NCBI RefSeq assembly: GCF_011386835.1
Contig: NC_088795.1
Location: 7,068,001 to 7,132,000, forward strand
DNA: 64,000 bases
Direction of reading: 5' to 3'
Source of the DNA: Chrysemys picta bellii
Taxonomy: Eukaryota
Position numbers and translations under genes: made by a program. Positions 46,471 through 59,742 of this stretch are shown piece after piece (position 1 is the stretch's first letter; the number at the start of each line of letters is the position of its first letter). The notes below the pieces were generated by a model, which was not told the DNA's origin, made no database searches, and saw nothing but the letters and a program-made list of their open reading frames with translations.

Positions 46471-46589
46471 CAGGGGTGCTGGAACAGTTTTTGCAGTGGG
46501 GGTGCTGAAGGCAGAAACTATGTATTTGGGTTGTTATAACGCCACACGGTGCAGCAGCACTCCCATCACCCCTCATTCCAGCACCTATG
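46471..46589. mobile_element. Short MITE-like element
   Basis: Termini CAGGGGTGCTGGAA / TTCCAGCACCTATG; no TSD retained. Confidence 0.5.
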
Positions 46590-48769
46590 CTTCAGAGGAC
46601 ACAGAAGCTGTGCACTGTGTGTTTGAGCATCTTACCTGTAGAGCGCCACCCTGTGTTCAAGTGTGGTAGTGCAGGGATTTTTCTCAGTTTAGTGCCCCTT
46701 TTAGCCATTCCAGTTCCAATGTGAGCTGTTGTTTTCTGTGGCCAGCCCTCCGGCCAGGTCACTATTTGCTCCATTCCCCTTCTGAAGAGCAGAAAATAAG
46801 AAACTCTCAAAATCTAATGGCCTTCAAGCCCATCTCCTGGCCTCTCTCTGACACTTGCCATTCTTGATACCTGGGCTTCTCCTCTTGGTCTGGGGAAGGT
46901 GATCTCCGGCCCTCACTCCCCATTGAGTTCCAGCCCAGGGATGCTCTTTTAGTCAGGGAAACACTGTTTCCTTGATTTCCCACCCCCACCCCCGCCCCAC
47001 TACTGCCGTGAGCTACTCGTAACATCTTCACCACGTCTCTGGGCTCTGCTGTGTCTGCCTGGATCTGTGGTTCCTCACAGCTTCTCCTGAGCCAGCCAAC
47101 AAGGTGCTTTCATGGAGACCGCTCTCATCCCTTCTCTGCAGCAGCTGGTCTACATTGCAAGCAGTACCTCAGTCTTTAACCTTTCGAGCATTCGATATGT
47201 CCCTCCAGAAAGGAGTCCCCCTCCGCTCTCTTCCTGGAGCTGGGGTTTTGCTAGCTCCCTTCAGGTGAACACTCTAATTAACCTTCCGCTTTGGAGGATT
47301 CAGGAGGCTGGCCTTCTCCTGTCCTTGAGAGCCTTTATGCTGGGCCCTTTCTCCCAGTTCATCCCCAGATTGTTTGGAGAAGAGGGCAATCTTGCTCCAC
47401 CCATGCTGCCAGACTCCTGGTCCCAGGCCTTAAAAGAAACAGTGCCTGTCTTTCTCCCAATCCCTACTTATTCCAGGAACTGCTTCCTTTCTATCCCTAC
47501 CCCTCCTTAAGTGCTTTGTATCTTTATTGGGCCTTTTGAAATCCCTAAGAGCCATGCCAGCTGGTGGGATGGGCTGACCAATAGGCAGTACAGACATTGG
47601 GGGCAGGCCATCCCATAACAGTGCAGAAGTAGATCTGATGAGCATCAGTGTGAAAAAGTAGATATGAAACGTGCTATTCAAAAGCCAGCCTGTACCACTG
47701 AAATCCAGCTTGTAACAATGTCTCGCAAGGATAACTAGGAAAGCAAAAACACCCTATTGACTGTACCTACCGCTATGGGAACAAAGAGGTGAAAGGCTTT
47801 CATTATGTCAGTGCAGAAGGTGACGGGAAACACTAAAGCTTAATTCCAACCTTTCAAGTTTACTTCCAGTAAAATTGCGGCTTCTTCAAGCCGACAATGG
47901 AGACTCGAGAGCCTGCTGCCAATCTCAATGAGGGTTATTCTTTATTCATTTCAATAGTAGTTGCCTAATATATTTGAATTGCTTTTGATATTTTTTTCCA
48001 ATATATTTGAAAGATCTTCATAATTTTGATATTATAAAGTATTCTACTGTATAAAGAATAAGTGCTAGAGACACCCAGATGGCATCAGCTCCTCCTTTGC
48101 TCCCTGACCTGGGTCTGGAATTGACAACATTTAGAAGAAAGGAACAAGCTTTTCCCCTTAGCTTATCTATACAAGCACTTGCTTACAAGTGATGTGGATC
48201 CAGGTTCTGGTTTGGATTTGACTTTACCCCATAAATCAGTCTATGAATTGGTCTGTGTACCTGCTTGTTTATGGCCTGATCCAACCGCTATAAAAGAGAT
48301 TGGAAAGATACCTATTGACTCAGACAGAAGCTGAAGCAATCCCTTCGTGAGGCGTATGGCCAACCTTCAATTTGCAGAGAAAACATCAGTCTTGCTGGGA
48401 TGAGATCTTGACCCCTCCTGCATAAAGTGACTATAATGGACAAAGGGTTGGTTAGGCAGTAAAGGCCTGTGTGTTATTGGGAATTCCACCAGCTGGGGTT
48501 GTGAGTGAGAGATGGTATGGACTTTCAGACCTCGCCAGTGGAGACTGAGCCCAACTTTCAAAGGTGACGGCGTAAGTTAGTCACCGTATCAGCCCAAATA
48601 CTAGCTTTCCATAGCCCAGAGCCAATTTGCAGACCATAGTGCAGAAATAGGTGCTCCAATTTAGGCATCCAGTTGTGAAAACTGGGCTCCTTATTTTGCT
48701 TAACAATCGATAATTCTGAATAGGCCATACAGGTAATAAGAGAAAGTACCTATATCTTAGGTGCTTGAT

Positions 48770-48990
48770 TCATGGCCTCATTACTGTAGTATCTGAATAT
48801 CTCATATACATCAATGCAGTTCTCCTCACTTCACCCATGAGCGGTAGGGAAGTGCCAGTGGTCCAATTGCACAGATGGGGACCTGAACCACAGTGAAGCT
48901 AAATAAACTCATCCAAGGTCACACATGGGCAGAACAAAGAATTGAACCTCAGTCTCCCAAATCCCAGACTCGTGCCCTGACCACTGGACC
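48770..48990 (-). mobile_element. CORE-SINE (MIR-like)
   Basis: CAGATGGGGACCTGAACCACAG...CATCCAAGGTCACAC...AGAATTGAACCTCAGTCTCCC...CTGACCACTGGACCA is the reverse complement of a head plus CORE. Confidence 0.65.
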
Positions 48991-49100
48991 ATTGTGCCTC
49001 AAACTCATGGTTCCCTTTACACCCCCTCCCCCCACATCAGCCATCACATTTTATGTTTGCTGTCTACTGGTGTCTCAGAGAGACCTTTGCTTAAGGGCCA

Positions 49101-49530
49101 TGTGGTGGGGCAGTGCCCCACCCCCTAAGGAAAAGGGCTGAACCAGGTCTGAGAGGTAGTGCAGACCAGCAGCCAATCAGCCAAGGCCTGGGGAGAGCCA
49201 ATCAGGGCAGGGAAAGAGGCAGCCAATCAGGGCTGGGCTAGGCCCTATATAAAGGCTGCCTAGCAGAGGCGAAGTCAGTCACTCCCAATAGTGAGGGAGA
49301 AGGACTGGCTCCTGAGCTAAGGAGCAGCACCTTGGGTACAGCAGTGCTGGGCAGGCTTGGGGAAGCAGAGCGGGGCTCCGGCCCAGATACCTGCCAGGCG
49401 GCGGCCCTTGCTAGAAGGGGTCGAGAAGGTGCATAGGGCCAAAGGGGAAGTGGCCCAGGGAAACTAGGCAGGGGAGAGGAGGAGGAGGAGGAGGAGGACA
49501 GAGGGAGGCTGCCACTAGAGGGTCACAGGC
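49101..49530 (+). mobile_element. 5' part of a Gypsy-like LTR with an intact-looking promoter
   Basis: Starts TGTGGTGGGGCAGTGCCCC (related to the terminus of 32555-33261), three AGCCAATCAG boxes (about 49171, 49196, 49221), TATATAAA at 49246-49253 and a (GGA)n near 49480-49497. Confidence 0.65.
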
Positions 49531-51284
49531 CCAGACACACCAACTAGGCAGAAGAGGTTCATATGTGTCCAACTTTTGTGCAATTAAAATTCTTACACAT
49601 GGGGGAAAAATGTTTAAGTTCTGGTGAGGTGACTACTGAACTGGTGAAATTCTGGCTCCATGGAATTCAATGGTAAAAATCATATTGACATCCCAGGGCC
49701 TAGGATTTTTCACTCATAGTCTCTTTTCAGCTGTGCTTTGTAGCAAGAGAAGTCAACAGGGTGACATGAGTGTAGCCAGAAGCAGAAGTTGGTCCACTGT
49801 GTCTTAGATTAGAACACCTGTCCCAGTTTAACCCCAGACTTTCTGCCATAGTCTGTAATATACCCTCCACTAGTGATCTAAAGACTGTGAGTACATCCCA
49901 ATACATGTACATTAGTTACACTTCCCTGAATTAACGCGAAAACAGGAAACACCCCAGCCTTTGATTCTACGTGCCATGTTCACAGGGCCCAGAGCGCTGA
50001 ACTGATTTCTGAAAGTCTAGCATGTGATGCAGCATGTTTGCATCTCTGTGTTTTACAGTTTGGCGAATACAAGATGTCAAAGCTGAGTGTTTGGTATTAT
50101 ACACGGTCTGCTTCTGTGGTGGGGAGCGCTGCCTGCCTTTCTGAAGTCAGTGAGGAAAGCCACCTGGGTCTCTTGCCCAATAAACCTGGCATGCTCAAAG
50201 TAGGACTCCACCTTCTGACCTGTTCCTTCTAGATCTCTGTCGGAAGCACAGAAGAACTGATCCTTGTGCAGCCCGGTGCTGTGTGCCACAGCACATTTTA
50301 TAGCCTAGTGGTTACATGGTGAATAATGTGTTATCATACTGCCGAGTTAAAATAGACCCATACTATATAGCAATTAAAATATATGGGACTCCTTGGCAGC
50401 CGCTTCTTCCCTAAAGTGTTGCATTAATATATATGTTCCCCCTCCCCTTCCTTCTCGTCCTTGTACGGACGCCATAGACATTGTAATTGGATATTAAGCT
50501 CCGAGGGGCCTCATTCATCAACCTCCTACTTACTCAAGTGTGTCTTCATTTTTCTTAAGATCTTCTCCTACAAGCCTCCTGCCCCTTTGTAATTAACGGT
50601 GCAGCTAGAAGGGCTGTGGAAGGTGTATGGTTGGGTAGTGCTTGGAGATGTCCCCTAGCCATGGTATATGTGAAAGCTGTTAGGCAAGAGTGTGGCATGT
50701 TCTACAATGCATGTTAGACAGAAGGAAATGGGATCTTTGACATTGAGTTCAATGGGGCAAGGGTTGGGCCATGGTATACGCAGGCTGAATGAAGCAACAT
50801 GTGATATTCATGCTGTGAAGCGTCTCTTTTGCTATGAGAGAACATAGGGAACCATTAGTTATGCAAATCCTACCATCACCTTCAGGCAGCACTGAGGTTG
50901 CTGGAGTAATCATAACCTGTGGGGTGGATCTCTGCAGAGAGCAGCTACTCCCAACCTGCTTCTGCTCCTGAAACCACATCAAGCCCCAGGCTGAGAAGGG
51001 TCTGAGAAGGAGGAGGAGGTAGTGGGCTGGTACTTCCCCCTTTTCTGCCCCTTGGAGGGGCTCCACCAGACCTCTGCTCTTGGAAACAAAAGTGGGATAC
51101 CTGGCCCTAACAGAATAATCCTGCTGATTGTCATGGAGGCTGCATTAGCCAGAGTGAGAGAATTCCCAGTCATCAAGACACAGTCACACCAGGAGAACAA
51201 ACTCTCATTAGAGCCTGCCTGTGGTTTTCAAACGTCTTTGATCACGCTCCCCATCTTTGGGTCTGTCGGAGTTTATGCCCCCCG

Positions 51285-51735
51285 CCTCCCAACCCCACTC
51301 TGTGGCTGCCCAGCTCTGAAGGCAAAGCAGAGAGCAGCGGCTGCTGGCCGGGCACCCAGCTCTGAAGGCAGCACTGCTGTCCGCAGCCGCGCAGAAGTAA
51401 GGGCGTCATGGTATGGTATTGCCGCTCTTTCTTCTGCGCTGCTGTTGGTGGTGCTGCTGCTTCCAGAGCAGGGCAGCCGGAGAGCAGTGGCTGCTGGCTG
51501 AGCAGCTAGCACAGAAGGGAGCCCCGCTGCCAACAGGAGCGCAGAAGTAAGGGTGGCAATACACCATACCATGCCACCCTAACTTCTCTGCTGCTGCTGG
51601 GGACTCTCCAGATGCCCAGATCTGAATGTGTGCAGTAAGGGCGAGGGAGTGTTTGTTTTTCCCCTAAAGCTTCTCATGCGCCCCCATCCCAAATACATTC
51701 CATGCTCCCCCCCAGTTTGAGAACCTCCAGTCTAA
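51285..51735. mobile_element. hAT-derived GC-rich remnant with internal hairpin repeats
   Basis: Two copies of GCGCAGAAGTAAGGG...(CT)TCTGC..TGCTG, duplicated CCCAGCTCTGAAGGCA and a terminal CAGTTTGAGAAC. Confidence 0.55.
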
Positions 51736-54378
51736 ACCAATATTCTGAGTGGCTGGTTGGATCTTTTTCCTGATGTCACTTCCATGAGCCAGTTCCCAAC
51801 AATGCTGAGCTGAGGCCTCTTCACCCAGGCTTAGGTGAAATCCCTACACTCTTTGTGTTGAGTGTAGAGGGGGAAGGTGACTGAGGGAGGGGAAGGACCA
51901 TCGAGCACCCTGAGGAGATGGGCAGAATGTAAGCCTGAGGCCTGTGCGGTCTGATTTGATCATATGCTAGTGCATATTGGTGGTAGAACGGGAGACCATG
52001 GAGTCATATCAGTGCGAAATCAGAATCACGGCCACTCTACCAAAACCAAGTGTTCGGTCTCACGCTGACAGGAAGCTTGTACCGCATTACATTCCCCACA
52101 TCACCTGCCAGAAGGTACCAAGCACTGCTTTACATTTTGTGCCATCTTTACTGTTTGTCTCATTTACTGCTCCCAAAAGGAAGCACAAAAATCTATGTTC
52201 TATGAATAAAATTGAAAAATGTCATTTTATATTTATTGATAGAGCCCTTGTTCTTCCCCTTTACGTCTGTACCTCCCTTGTGCGGGCTATAAAATGAGAG
52301 ATTTTACCCACACAACCCCCCTCCCCAGATCCTTCATGGTATTATAACTATCATACAGCAGCTAAACTGGGGAGCTGGAACTGGGTGACTTAGTGATTCT
52401 TCTTTCAAACTCTAGACAGAGTAAAAGTAATAAGTGACGCATGGCATAGCCATGATTCAGCCTCTGCTAGGAGCAAGTGTGACTGACTTGTCTTCTGGGT
52501 CTGTGTCATGGGGAGAGTTCTTAGCGAAGCCTCATCAGTAAGAGATAGGCAACCCCATTTAGCCGGAAAAAATAAGGGAGAATCTTTGTTCACGTGGATA
52601 TCACTCTGTCATGACGTTTCCCAAACTGATCCATGATATGTGACAATATGGAAAGATGCACCCACTGATTGTACATGCTTACCTACTCCTCTCCCATTGC
52701 TTGTGCTTCAGAGAGATGTCCCAGTGCAGTACCGGCTGTTGGAATACCACCTCAACACAAAAAGGGGGAGAGGAGTCAGAGTCTACATGACACACGTCAG
52801 CCTGATGGAGTCTTCTACTCAGCCACAACCACTATTCTGATTTCTGATAGTGCCCTATTTAGCAATGGGCACCTTAAAATATTTAGTGACCGCAGGGACA
52901 ATTTCCAGGCACCTAAGTGAGTTAGGTGCCTATGTCCTATTTTGAAAAATATCTTAGGTCCATAGCTGCAAAGATTTTGGCACCTAACTCCATTGAAATC
53001 AGTGGGAGTTAGGCTCCGAAACACCTCTGAGGATCTGGGTATTAGTTGCTTAGGCGCTTAAGTCCCAATAAACGTTGTGCATGGTGTGGTGGGATTCCTA
53101 CCCCTGATGCACCACACTTTGCATCAACACAAGCACTCCCGGTGAGTACACGAAGCACTAATGCAAGCAGCCAACTGTGCACCACCACAAGTGATATACT
53201 AACTGCCGTGGCTTTGTGCTGATGTATCTTGCGTCGAACGACGTGTGAGGCGTAGACAAAGCCTGACTTCTGAAACCGGAACTGAGGTGACTGTGCCAAT
53301 TTGGCTCTTCTGGAATTTTTCTCTCTCTTGTACAAAACAGTAAATATCCCCAAAATAAACTGCAGCCAGACACTTTAATTCTTGTGTCCTAAACAGATGT
53401 GTAAGTGCATCAAAGGAAAATGTTCATCTCAGCAGTTGCTAGGGGGAATGGGTGAATCAAATAATATGTAATTGAATACTACATTGGCTTACTTTCACAC
53501 AAATGTGTTAATGTTTTCCATCTTTTGGTGCTATTCCATAATTGTTGCCCTGAGAATCAGGCACTATTTACAATTTACTCCATGCTGAATTATTACATTT
53601 GCTCATTTTCCCAAGTGGGGAACTGTCTGTGAGTCTGTATCACAGGTGAAGAAATCTAAATAAATTAAGCTCATCTGCAAACAGAGCTGCAGCAGCATTT
53701 CAAATGGGGAAAAAATAGATAAACAGCATGAAAATGTTCTCCGCTCACTGTTGTGTCAACGTGTCAAATCTTGCCAGGATTAACTTCAGCCCCTGGGTAT
53801 CTGTTTATCTTTCTTCACAAACATTTATGATTTCCTGGCATTGGTTACTTGGCTCATACCAACTTTTATGCAGCGATGAGTTGAACAGATTGAGCAGAAA
53901 TGTTTGTACCAGTCCTTCAGCACTACACTGCTCATAGCACCTTGTCCATAAAGCCAGTTATTGGCATACTTTTTGACAAGGCAATTTACTATATAAAATT
54001 GCTGATAGTGGTCAACACAGATTACCATGGGTTTTGTCCATCTAGGATGGAATTTTCAGAGGGACCTAAATGATTTAAGACCACAAGTCCCACTGAAAGT
54101 CAATGTGACTGTGTTCTTAAATCATGCAGGCACTTTTGAAAATCCTACCCGTAGAAGTTCTGGAAATACAGATGGGAGATCATAATGAAGTTTAAGGCAT
54201 TGTGAACCTCCGGTACTAGTGTTTTACTGGTAAAATTTTCAGAAGCACTGATGTGATTTAGGAGCCTAAGTCCTATTTTCAAAAGTGACTTGGGCACTTA
54301 GAGCCAGATTTTGAAAGGTGTTTAGGCACCTTTCTATGTGTAGGCACCTAAATACAGTTCCAAACTGGGCCATAGTAC

Positions 54379-54976
54379 TGTACCAGGCCTGCCTGTTACT
54401 TTAAAGGCCAGAAGGATTTGGGCCCACCTTGTGCAATTAGCCCTGGCTAAGCCATAATTAGTTACCTCTCAGTCTGAGGAGGGGAGGCTAATGGGGTCAG
54501 GTATTAGTATGGCAAACACCTGGGCCTCATTGAAAGGCTTGAGAGAATGCAGCTAGGAGGAGAAAGCTGTGACTGAGGCTACAGAAGGAAACCAAGGAGC
54601 AGGTTAGACTCCTGTGGAAGGCCCTGAGATGGGGCCTGTAAGTAGCATGGAGGTTCCTGGGAGAAGCTCCAGGGAGGGAATGTGAGGGAACCTGCTAGGA
54701 AGAAGGGTTCCAGGGGAAAAGCCTGGGGAATCAAAGAAGAGCTCTGCAGGGCCTGTGTGTGGGGCACAGAACAAGGAATTTCAATGCCCCAGAAAAAACA
54801 TTTGTTGGGAGGTTTATTTGGCTTTTCTGTCAGACTTTTGTTTCCCCTGAAGGAGACTGAGCCTGGCCAGAGGCCTGGGCCCCAAAAGATGCAGACCGCA
54901 ATGGTGTGGATAAAATCCCCACAATGCTGCATCCTAGAGTGAGGGGGTGCCCTGGTGGTGCGTTCCCACTGTTACA
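54379..54976 (+). mobile_element. Probable decayed solo LTR
   Basis: TGTACC ... TGTTACA termini, about 600 bp, with LTR-like composition; no TSD recognised. Confidence 0.45.
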
Positions 54977-55139
54977 GAGTTAGCAGCTCAAGTCACTTGC
55001 TGCTTTTGAAAACTTTATCCCAGGATTGCAATTTAAATCTATGGGTTTTCTTTTAAGGGAGAGTCAATCAAAGCCAATCCGAAGACCCAATGTTCTAGCT
55101 GAAGAGAGCATTGATCTATGTGCTAGATATGAGTTCCTG

Positions 55140-55290
55140 TCCCAAAGAGCTCACAATCTAAAGAGACAAAAGGTGGGAAAGGAAACAAAAGCACAGGGAG
55201 GGGAAGTGACTTGCCCAAGGTCATGCAGCAGAGGCAGGAGGAGAATACAGAGCACCAGTTCCTGACTCAGGAGGTCTAGCCACTAAACTG
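55140..55290 (-). mobile_element. CORE-SINE (MIR-like) fragment
   Basis: GGGAAACAAAAGCACAGGGAGGGGAAGTGACTTGCCCAAGGTCA is the reverse complement of the CORE domain. Confidence 0.65.
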
Positions 55291-56330
55291 TCACTTTTTG
55301 TCCTTGGTAAAAGCATCCAGACCTAGCCGTCCCTATGCTCAAACCCTTTGTGATTCATTGGTGGCTTGACTACGCTAAAGCTTCTTCTCAGGCATCTCTC
55401 TAGCTGGTTGATCCCCTGCTCGGTATATCCAGAGCACTGCTATGAAAGTCACCTTCCTTTCCCATCCCTCTCCCCACATCCCCTCTCCCAGCTCTAGTCC
55501 CATCTTGGCTTCTTGTCTGTCCCAACACGTTCAATTGCCTTGCCCTGACCTTCCAGTTCCATGGGATGTTAGGGTCACTAGGTCTGTATTAAAGCATGAA
55601 AAAGTGAGCAGCCTGGGTGTTTGGCATTATTACTCTTACAGCTACTCCCTGGTTCTATGGCCCAGGGAGCTCCTTGCCCTTCTCCACCGCTTTCTGTCCA
55701 TGGCATATTTTCCCTATTGATGGTCATTGACATTACGAGCTCTTGGGGCTTGCTCAGTATTACCCCACCATCTCCTCCTGGGTCAGCCTGCCATTCCCAG
55801 GCAATGCTACGGATTCCTCATGGGCTTTGGGCCTGTGTAGATAATAACGGTAATGCTCGTTGCTCTTTGGCTTCAGGTCACTGCCATCATCTCTTGCATG
55901 AGAAAAAAAATCACATCTAGTTTCTCTAGACAAATCAGAGAAATCTACCTTATGGCAGCAAAGTGGCAGCTCTCTTCCCCAGATCGCCAGGCCAGGAGAT
56001 GCAAGGAGGTTTGTGACCTCTCCATTTTTTATTTTTTTGATATGCAGGTGCTTTCCCCCCAGAATTTAAACTTTCTTTTATACAAACTTAATAGTCTAGC
56101 CTTTCTGGATGTGAAACCAATATCAAGAATTTATACAATGCATGGCAGTTTGAAACAATAGCCACTAGGGAGGCATGAATTGCCCCATTCCTCCATATAT
56201 TTTAAGAGGTTCTTATGTAATAACATGACTCCAGCAGCTGGGGCTTTAAGAAAAATACCAGATCTCACAAGACTTGGGATAAAATCACGAGAGTAGTCAA
56301 CACTGCAGGCTCAGAGGTTCAGGTAGACTA

Positions 56331-56583
56331 AGGGCTTGTCTATGCAAACATTCAATTTGCAGCAAGCTGGGGTATGAATCTACCCTGCCTTAGCCTGCTG
56401 CAGACTAACTGTCTCTGTGGACCCTGCTGATGTGGTTGGCTAGTAAATTAATGCATTTTGATCTAGTCCTGTATCAAGCACGTCTTCAGAGTCCAGAGGA
56501 ACAGTTGGGTTGCAGCAGCTTAATGCAGGGTTGAGTCACACCCCAGCTTGCTGCAAGACTGAACGCTTGTGTAGATAAGCCCT
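56331..56583. mobile_element. Harbinger-type MITE
   Basis: Termini AGGGCTTGTCTA / TAGATAAGCCCT with TA flanks and long subterminal inverted repeats GCAGCAAGCTGGGGT / ACCCCAGCTTGCTGC. Confidence 0.75.
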
Positions 56584-56667
56584 TAATTTATAGTCAGGCC
56601 TCTTCAGTATTAAGTGCTCCTTCGTTATCAGAAGGGAGATGTTCTGTCAGGACACTGAAATATGAAT

Positions 56668-56911
56668 AAAGAACACGAGTACTTGTGGCACCTTAGAGAC
56701 TAACAAATTTATTTGAGCATAAGCTTTCATGGGCTACAGCCCACTTCTTCATCCGACTTACAAATTTATTTGAGCATACGCTTTCTTTCATCCAAAGAAG
56801 TGGGCTGTAGCCCATGAAAGCTTATGCTCAAATAAATTTTAGTCTCTAAGGTGCCACAAGTACTCCTGTTCTTCTTGCGGATACAGACTAACACGGCTGC
56901 TACTCTGAAAC
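56668..56911. mobile_element. ORF-less head-to-head Penelope pseudo-LTR pair (family A, sister subfamily of 17484-19527)
   Basis: Inverted arms of the same pseudo-LTR as the Neptune copy, 13-bp TSD CTGAAATATGAAT (56655-56667 and 56912-56924), hammerhead core mutated to CCAAAGA and a rearranged centre. Confidence 0.9.
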
Positions 56912-58109
56912 CTGAAATATGAATGTTATAGGTCTTGCACATCCCAGAAGTCGCGCTGTCTCTCCTATGTCACTTCAGGGCTATGACTAATAAAACCCTT
57001 ATCTGTGAAGCACCCACGTATCTCTACCTGCTCCTGCCTGTATGGGCACAGAGATCCCGTCGGGACACTGCATTGGGGAAAGGTGTATTTGTCAATTGTC
57101 GTCCTTGCATTATAACTGAATCTCAGCAAAGAGCCACCATTTCTAACATGTGCTGAAGGCCTCGCCAGTCACATCTAAATAATCTGCCATTAAAAAGTCG
57201 TCTCCAGCTGAAGAAAGGGTATAGATAAATGCAGATAATTAACGCTACATCCTGGTTTAGAGAGCTGTATGCATCAAGGGTGGGGTATTCAACTTTGGCC
57301 TCCCTCTGCTCCCGTTGAAGTCCATGGGAGTTATACCATTGACTTTACTGGGAGAAGAATTAGGCCAACACTGACCACTCTGCAAAATCCCACTCTTAAA
57401 GCATTTTTAAAACAAGTTAGATACGTTGGAGAGTTGTCTTTCCTTCCTCTGACATATCAACTATCACTATGGAAAGCAGGATGGTCTAGAACACAACATA
57501 TTTTTACAGACCTAGCTGTGAGGGTAGTAAATCTTCATGTCTTTAAAATCATAACTCCTTGCCTCTTATCTAATTATGAGAATAATGTGCACACCGTATG
57601 CTGTATATTATTTTGCTAGCTGATAACAAAAAGTGAGATGTTCAGAAGAGGTATTCCATAATTAAAAAATAGTTTTTAAAGTATAAATCTCTTTCCATAA
57701 CTCTCTGTGAATGACCTGACTTAATGAATTTTTCGGGTAGGAGTATTTAGTTTCACAATCCTTCCCCCCTCACACACATACATTTTCCTCCCCCCCTCCT
57801 GCCAAGTTGGAGATTGATGCCTGATTAAAACATCTCTCCCGTATTGGAGAAATTTCCAATTAAAAAAACACCTTTAGCAAATAGAGAGATGTCAAGTTAG
57901 AAAAAATCTCAGTTGCACGCATTGTGGACTTTCAACCAAACTCTGACACTTGAGCTCTTTGAGCGTTACAGGAATAATTACAGTCATTTGTATGGGCTGA
58001 TATTGAGTTCTTGGCAAAATAAATGTAGAAAAGGATTAGCATTCTCATTCACAAAGGAATCCTGCTTATTAGATACTGGATTCTTGAAATAATTCTGTTC
58101 AGTCTTTTT

Positions 58110-58233
58110 TAGGGTGACCAGACAGCAAATGTGAAAAATCGGGACAGGGGGTTGGGGGTAATAGGAGCCTATGTAAGAAAAAGACCCCAAAATCGGGACT
58201 GTCCCTACAAAATCGGGACATCTGGTCACCCTA
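58110..58233 (-). mobile_element. hAT MITE (124 bp), same family as 33976-34101 in opposite orientation
   Basis: TIRs TAGGGTGACCAGA / TCTGGTCACCCTA and a perfect 8-bp TSD GTCTTTTT (58102-58109 and 58234-58241). Confidence 0.95.
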
Positions 58234-58859
58234 GTCTTTTTAGATTGGGGTTTACTGTTGTACAATGTTTCCCAGTTTGGCGCTCTTTTTTGGTAGATAA
58301 TTGCAATAAGACTGTGTGTGCAATTAAAAAAGCCCCCAGTTTATTCAGCCAATATTGAACCTCTTTGCATTCTTAAAATACCTGGGAACACATGTACTGT
58401 ACGTTATAGTTCAGACTGTATTTCCACCTGTGTGGAAAGAAGCCAAAATCAATAGTGTAAGTAGCTGATATTTAGCAGTGCCAAGCACAATCTATCTATT
58501 CTCTCTTACATTAATGGCTAGAAATCCCAACAGAGATCGGAGCCCATTGTACACACACAGAGGAAGAGAGAGTCACTCCCCAAAGAGCACAAGGTATAAT
58601 AGACCGGACAGATAAAGAGTGGGAGGGGAAACAGAGGCCTTATTGTGAGCAAGTCCAAGAATAGAAAAGCAGAGGTTAGCGATGGAGGTCACTCACTGCA
58701 ATAGCTTCATGCCAATGCAGGATTGTTCCTTGTGCTTGGTCACATTTTGAATGCCCTGAGCAATGGAGTTTCACTGCTTGTCTTGAGATTTTTTTTCCCC
58801 ATAGACTGATACATCTCACCCTGAGAAAGTTGTTTGTCCTAGTCAGACGCTTTCCTTTT

Positions 58860-59050
58860 CAACTACCGCCACAGCTCTCCTAGATTATCCCCCCTGCCAA
58901 ATGTTTCTTCTCCATCACTGGTGCTACCACCCCACGGTCAGAGATGGACCCTGTACAGGCTGTGGAGCTGAGATTCCCAGTTAGCCGTCCCCTCCACAGG
59001 CTGTGGCTGAGAGTGCTGTGGGGTGCTAGTTTTAGGTGTCTGGCGGTGGC
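58860..59050 (-). mobile_element. Possible decayed LF-SINE-like 3' half
   Basis: Weak collinear similarity to the reverse complement of the remembered LF-SINE 3' half (GGACC...AGG...GCTGAGA...GGGTGC). Confidence 0.35.
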
Positions 59051-59229
59051 AGTGCTGCAGAGTGGTGGTTTTGGTGCAGTTCTCAGAGCTCCTGTATTAG
59101 CTGTCCCATAGCAACTTGCTGACTCAGCAGACCTCAGTGTAGTTCATAAAGAAAGACCGCAGGCTCGGTTGGGTGGTGAAGTTGCTCGGCCAGGTTCATT
59201 GTCAACCACGCATGGTCCTGGTGCCCCAG

Positions 59230-59742
59230 CTCAGTGCTTACAGGTACATTAGCACATGTATACCTGCGACAAGGTACCAGCTCAGTCAACATAACGTGTG
59301 CTGTCCCCTAGGCTAGCACCAAGTGCACCTCCTGTGACTTCTCCTTTTATACATTGATACAAACAAGTTACATGTTACGCTCCTGATATAATTAGTTACT
59401 ACCCTTATACCTGCTAGTTCGAACAAAACATCCTCATCCATTTTCCTGTCACCCCCTCCTTATCATCTGAGGGGTTGGTGGGTCCCTGTACCATCTCCTA
59501 GGAATGCGTTTCTGTAGTTAGTTGAGAATTCTGAGTGTTCCTGTACCATCCTCTCAGGTCAGGAATGTGCTTCCTTGGTTGGCTAATACCTGGTGTGTTG
59601 CTATTTTGCAAAGGCCTGGCCTACTCTGGTTCACAGCCTTTGGTTCATACTGTTCGTTATGCCTTGGGCTCTAAGCACTGGGCTCCAGCCTTCGTGGGTT
59701 CCCATAAATATGCTCACTGAGTAATGCTTTACTAGGGCTGTC
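59230..59742. mobile_element. LTR-like repeat fragment
   Basis: CTTTTATAC (TATA on the minus strand), duplicated CCTGTACCATC...AGGAATG blocks and a terminal CTGTCA; no TSD. Confidence 0.35.

Noticed and set aside
47635-47660. CTGATGA-GCA-loop-TGT-GAAA hammerhead-like pattern
   Set aside because: Helix II has only 3 bp, helices I and III cannot be formed, and CTGATG/CATCAG folds as a competing palindrome.
51022-51572. 159-aa and 99-aa Ala/Leu-rich ORFs
   Set aside because: They overlap a GC-rich hAT remnant made of internal repeats and are compositional artefacts.
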